From NCBI GenBank assembly GCA_052035405.1, contig JBPOHQ010000004.1, positions 70,687-134,686 of the forward strand: DNA of 64,000 nt, in the 5' to 3' direction. This document shows, piece by piece, positions 63,987 through 64,000 of the stretch. Under the pieces are notes generated by a model, which searched no databases, was not told the origin of the DNA, and saw only the letters and a list, made by a program, of their open reading frames with translations. Both the position numbers and the translations under genes were made by a program. Position 1 is the first letter of the stretch; each line of letters begins with the position of its first letter. The DNA comes from Candidatus Nomurabacteria bacterium (GTDB lineage Bacteria; Patescibacteriota; Minisyncoccia; Phycocordibacterales; UBA9973).

Positions 63987-64000
63987 TCTACCTTTAATGC

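Overview
This window looks like part of a small, streamlined bacterial genome, most plausibly Candidate Phyla Radiation / Patescibacteria-like. It is low-GC (roughly 30-35% by eye), gene-dense and mostly minus-strand. All large conserved genes (valS, lepA, gatB, lysS, eno, ftsZ) read through in the standard code with no internal TGA or TAG, so there is no sign of stop-codon recoding. The lineage assignment is an inference from gene content, not a search result.

Housekeeping content, in order along the window:
- An F0 ATP synthase operon (atpI-like, atpB, atpE and the 5' end of atpF at the window edge).
- prfA and rpmE.
- A coiled-coil lytic transglycosylase, rplY and a FAD-linked oxidase.
- fba, gatB, obg, a MYG1-family hydrolase and a YqeY protein.
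- rmuC, an ECF sigma factor with a translationally coupled membrane partner, and a truncated division cluster (mraZ-rsmH-ftsL-ftsI-murF).
- lysS, greA, rpsU-ybeY-ftsA-ftsZ, trxB and fur.
- queD, an EgtD-family methyltransferase, a GlmU N-terminal-domain-only uridyltransferase, gdhA, and tRNA-Val immediately upstream of valS.
- A PrsW protease, hsp20 and a type IV pilin.
- A glycerate-to-pyruvate operon (2-hydroxyacid dehydrogenase, glycerate 2-kinase, enolase, a minimal pyruvate kinase).
- lepA, an MsbA-like ABC exporter and murJ.

Six tRNA genes are present: Ile-GAU, Glu-CUC, Glu-UUC, Val-GAC, Phe-GAA and Arg-CCU.

The most unusual signals are:
- A ~91-nt structured intergenic element in three copies, with compensatory base changes in an internal hairpin, plus partial motif copies abutting both tRNA-Glu genes.
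- A ~58-nt nested-palindrome terminator module in two near-identical copies.
- A repeat-punctuated, tRNA-Glu-bounded locus at 38.2-42.6 kb carrying two overlapping proteins of unknown function next to queD and an EgtD-like methyltransferase.
- One markedly GC-richer gene at 50.6-52.3 kb whose C-terminus resembles a Bacteroidota type IX secretion (Por) sorting domain, which suggests horizontal acquisition or a chimeric assembly.

No CRISPR array, rRNA gene, transposase or integrase was seen.
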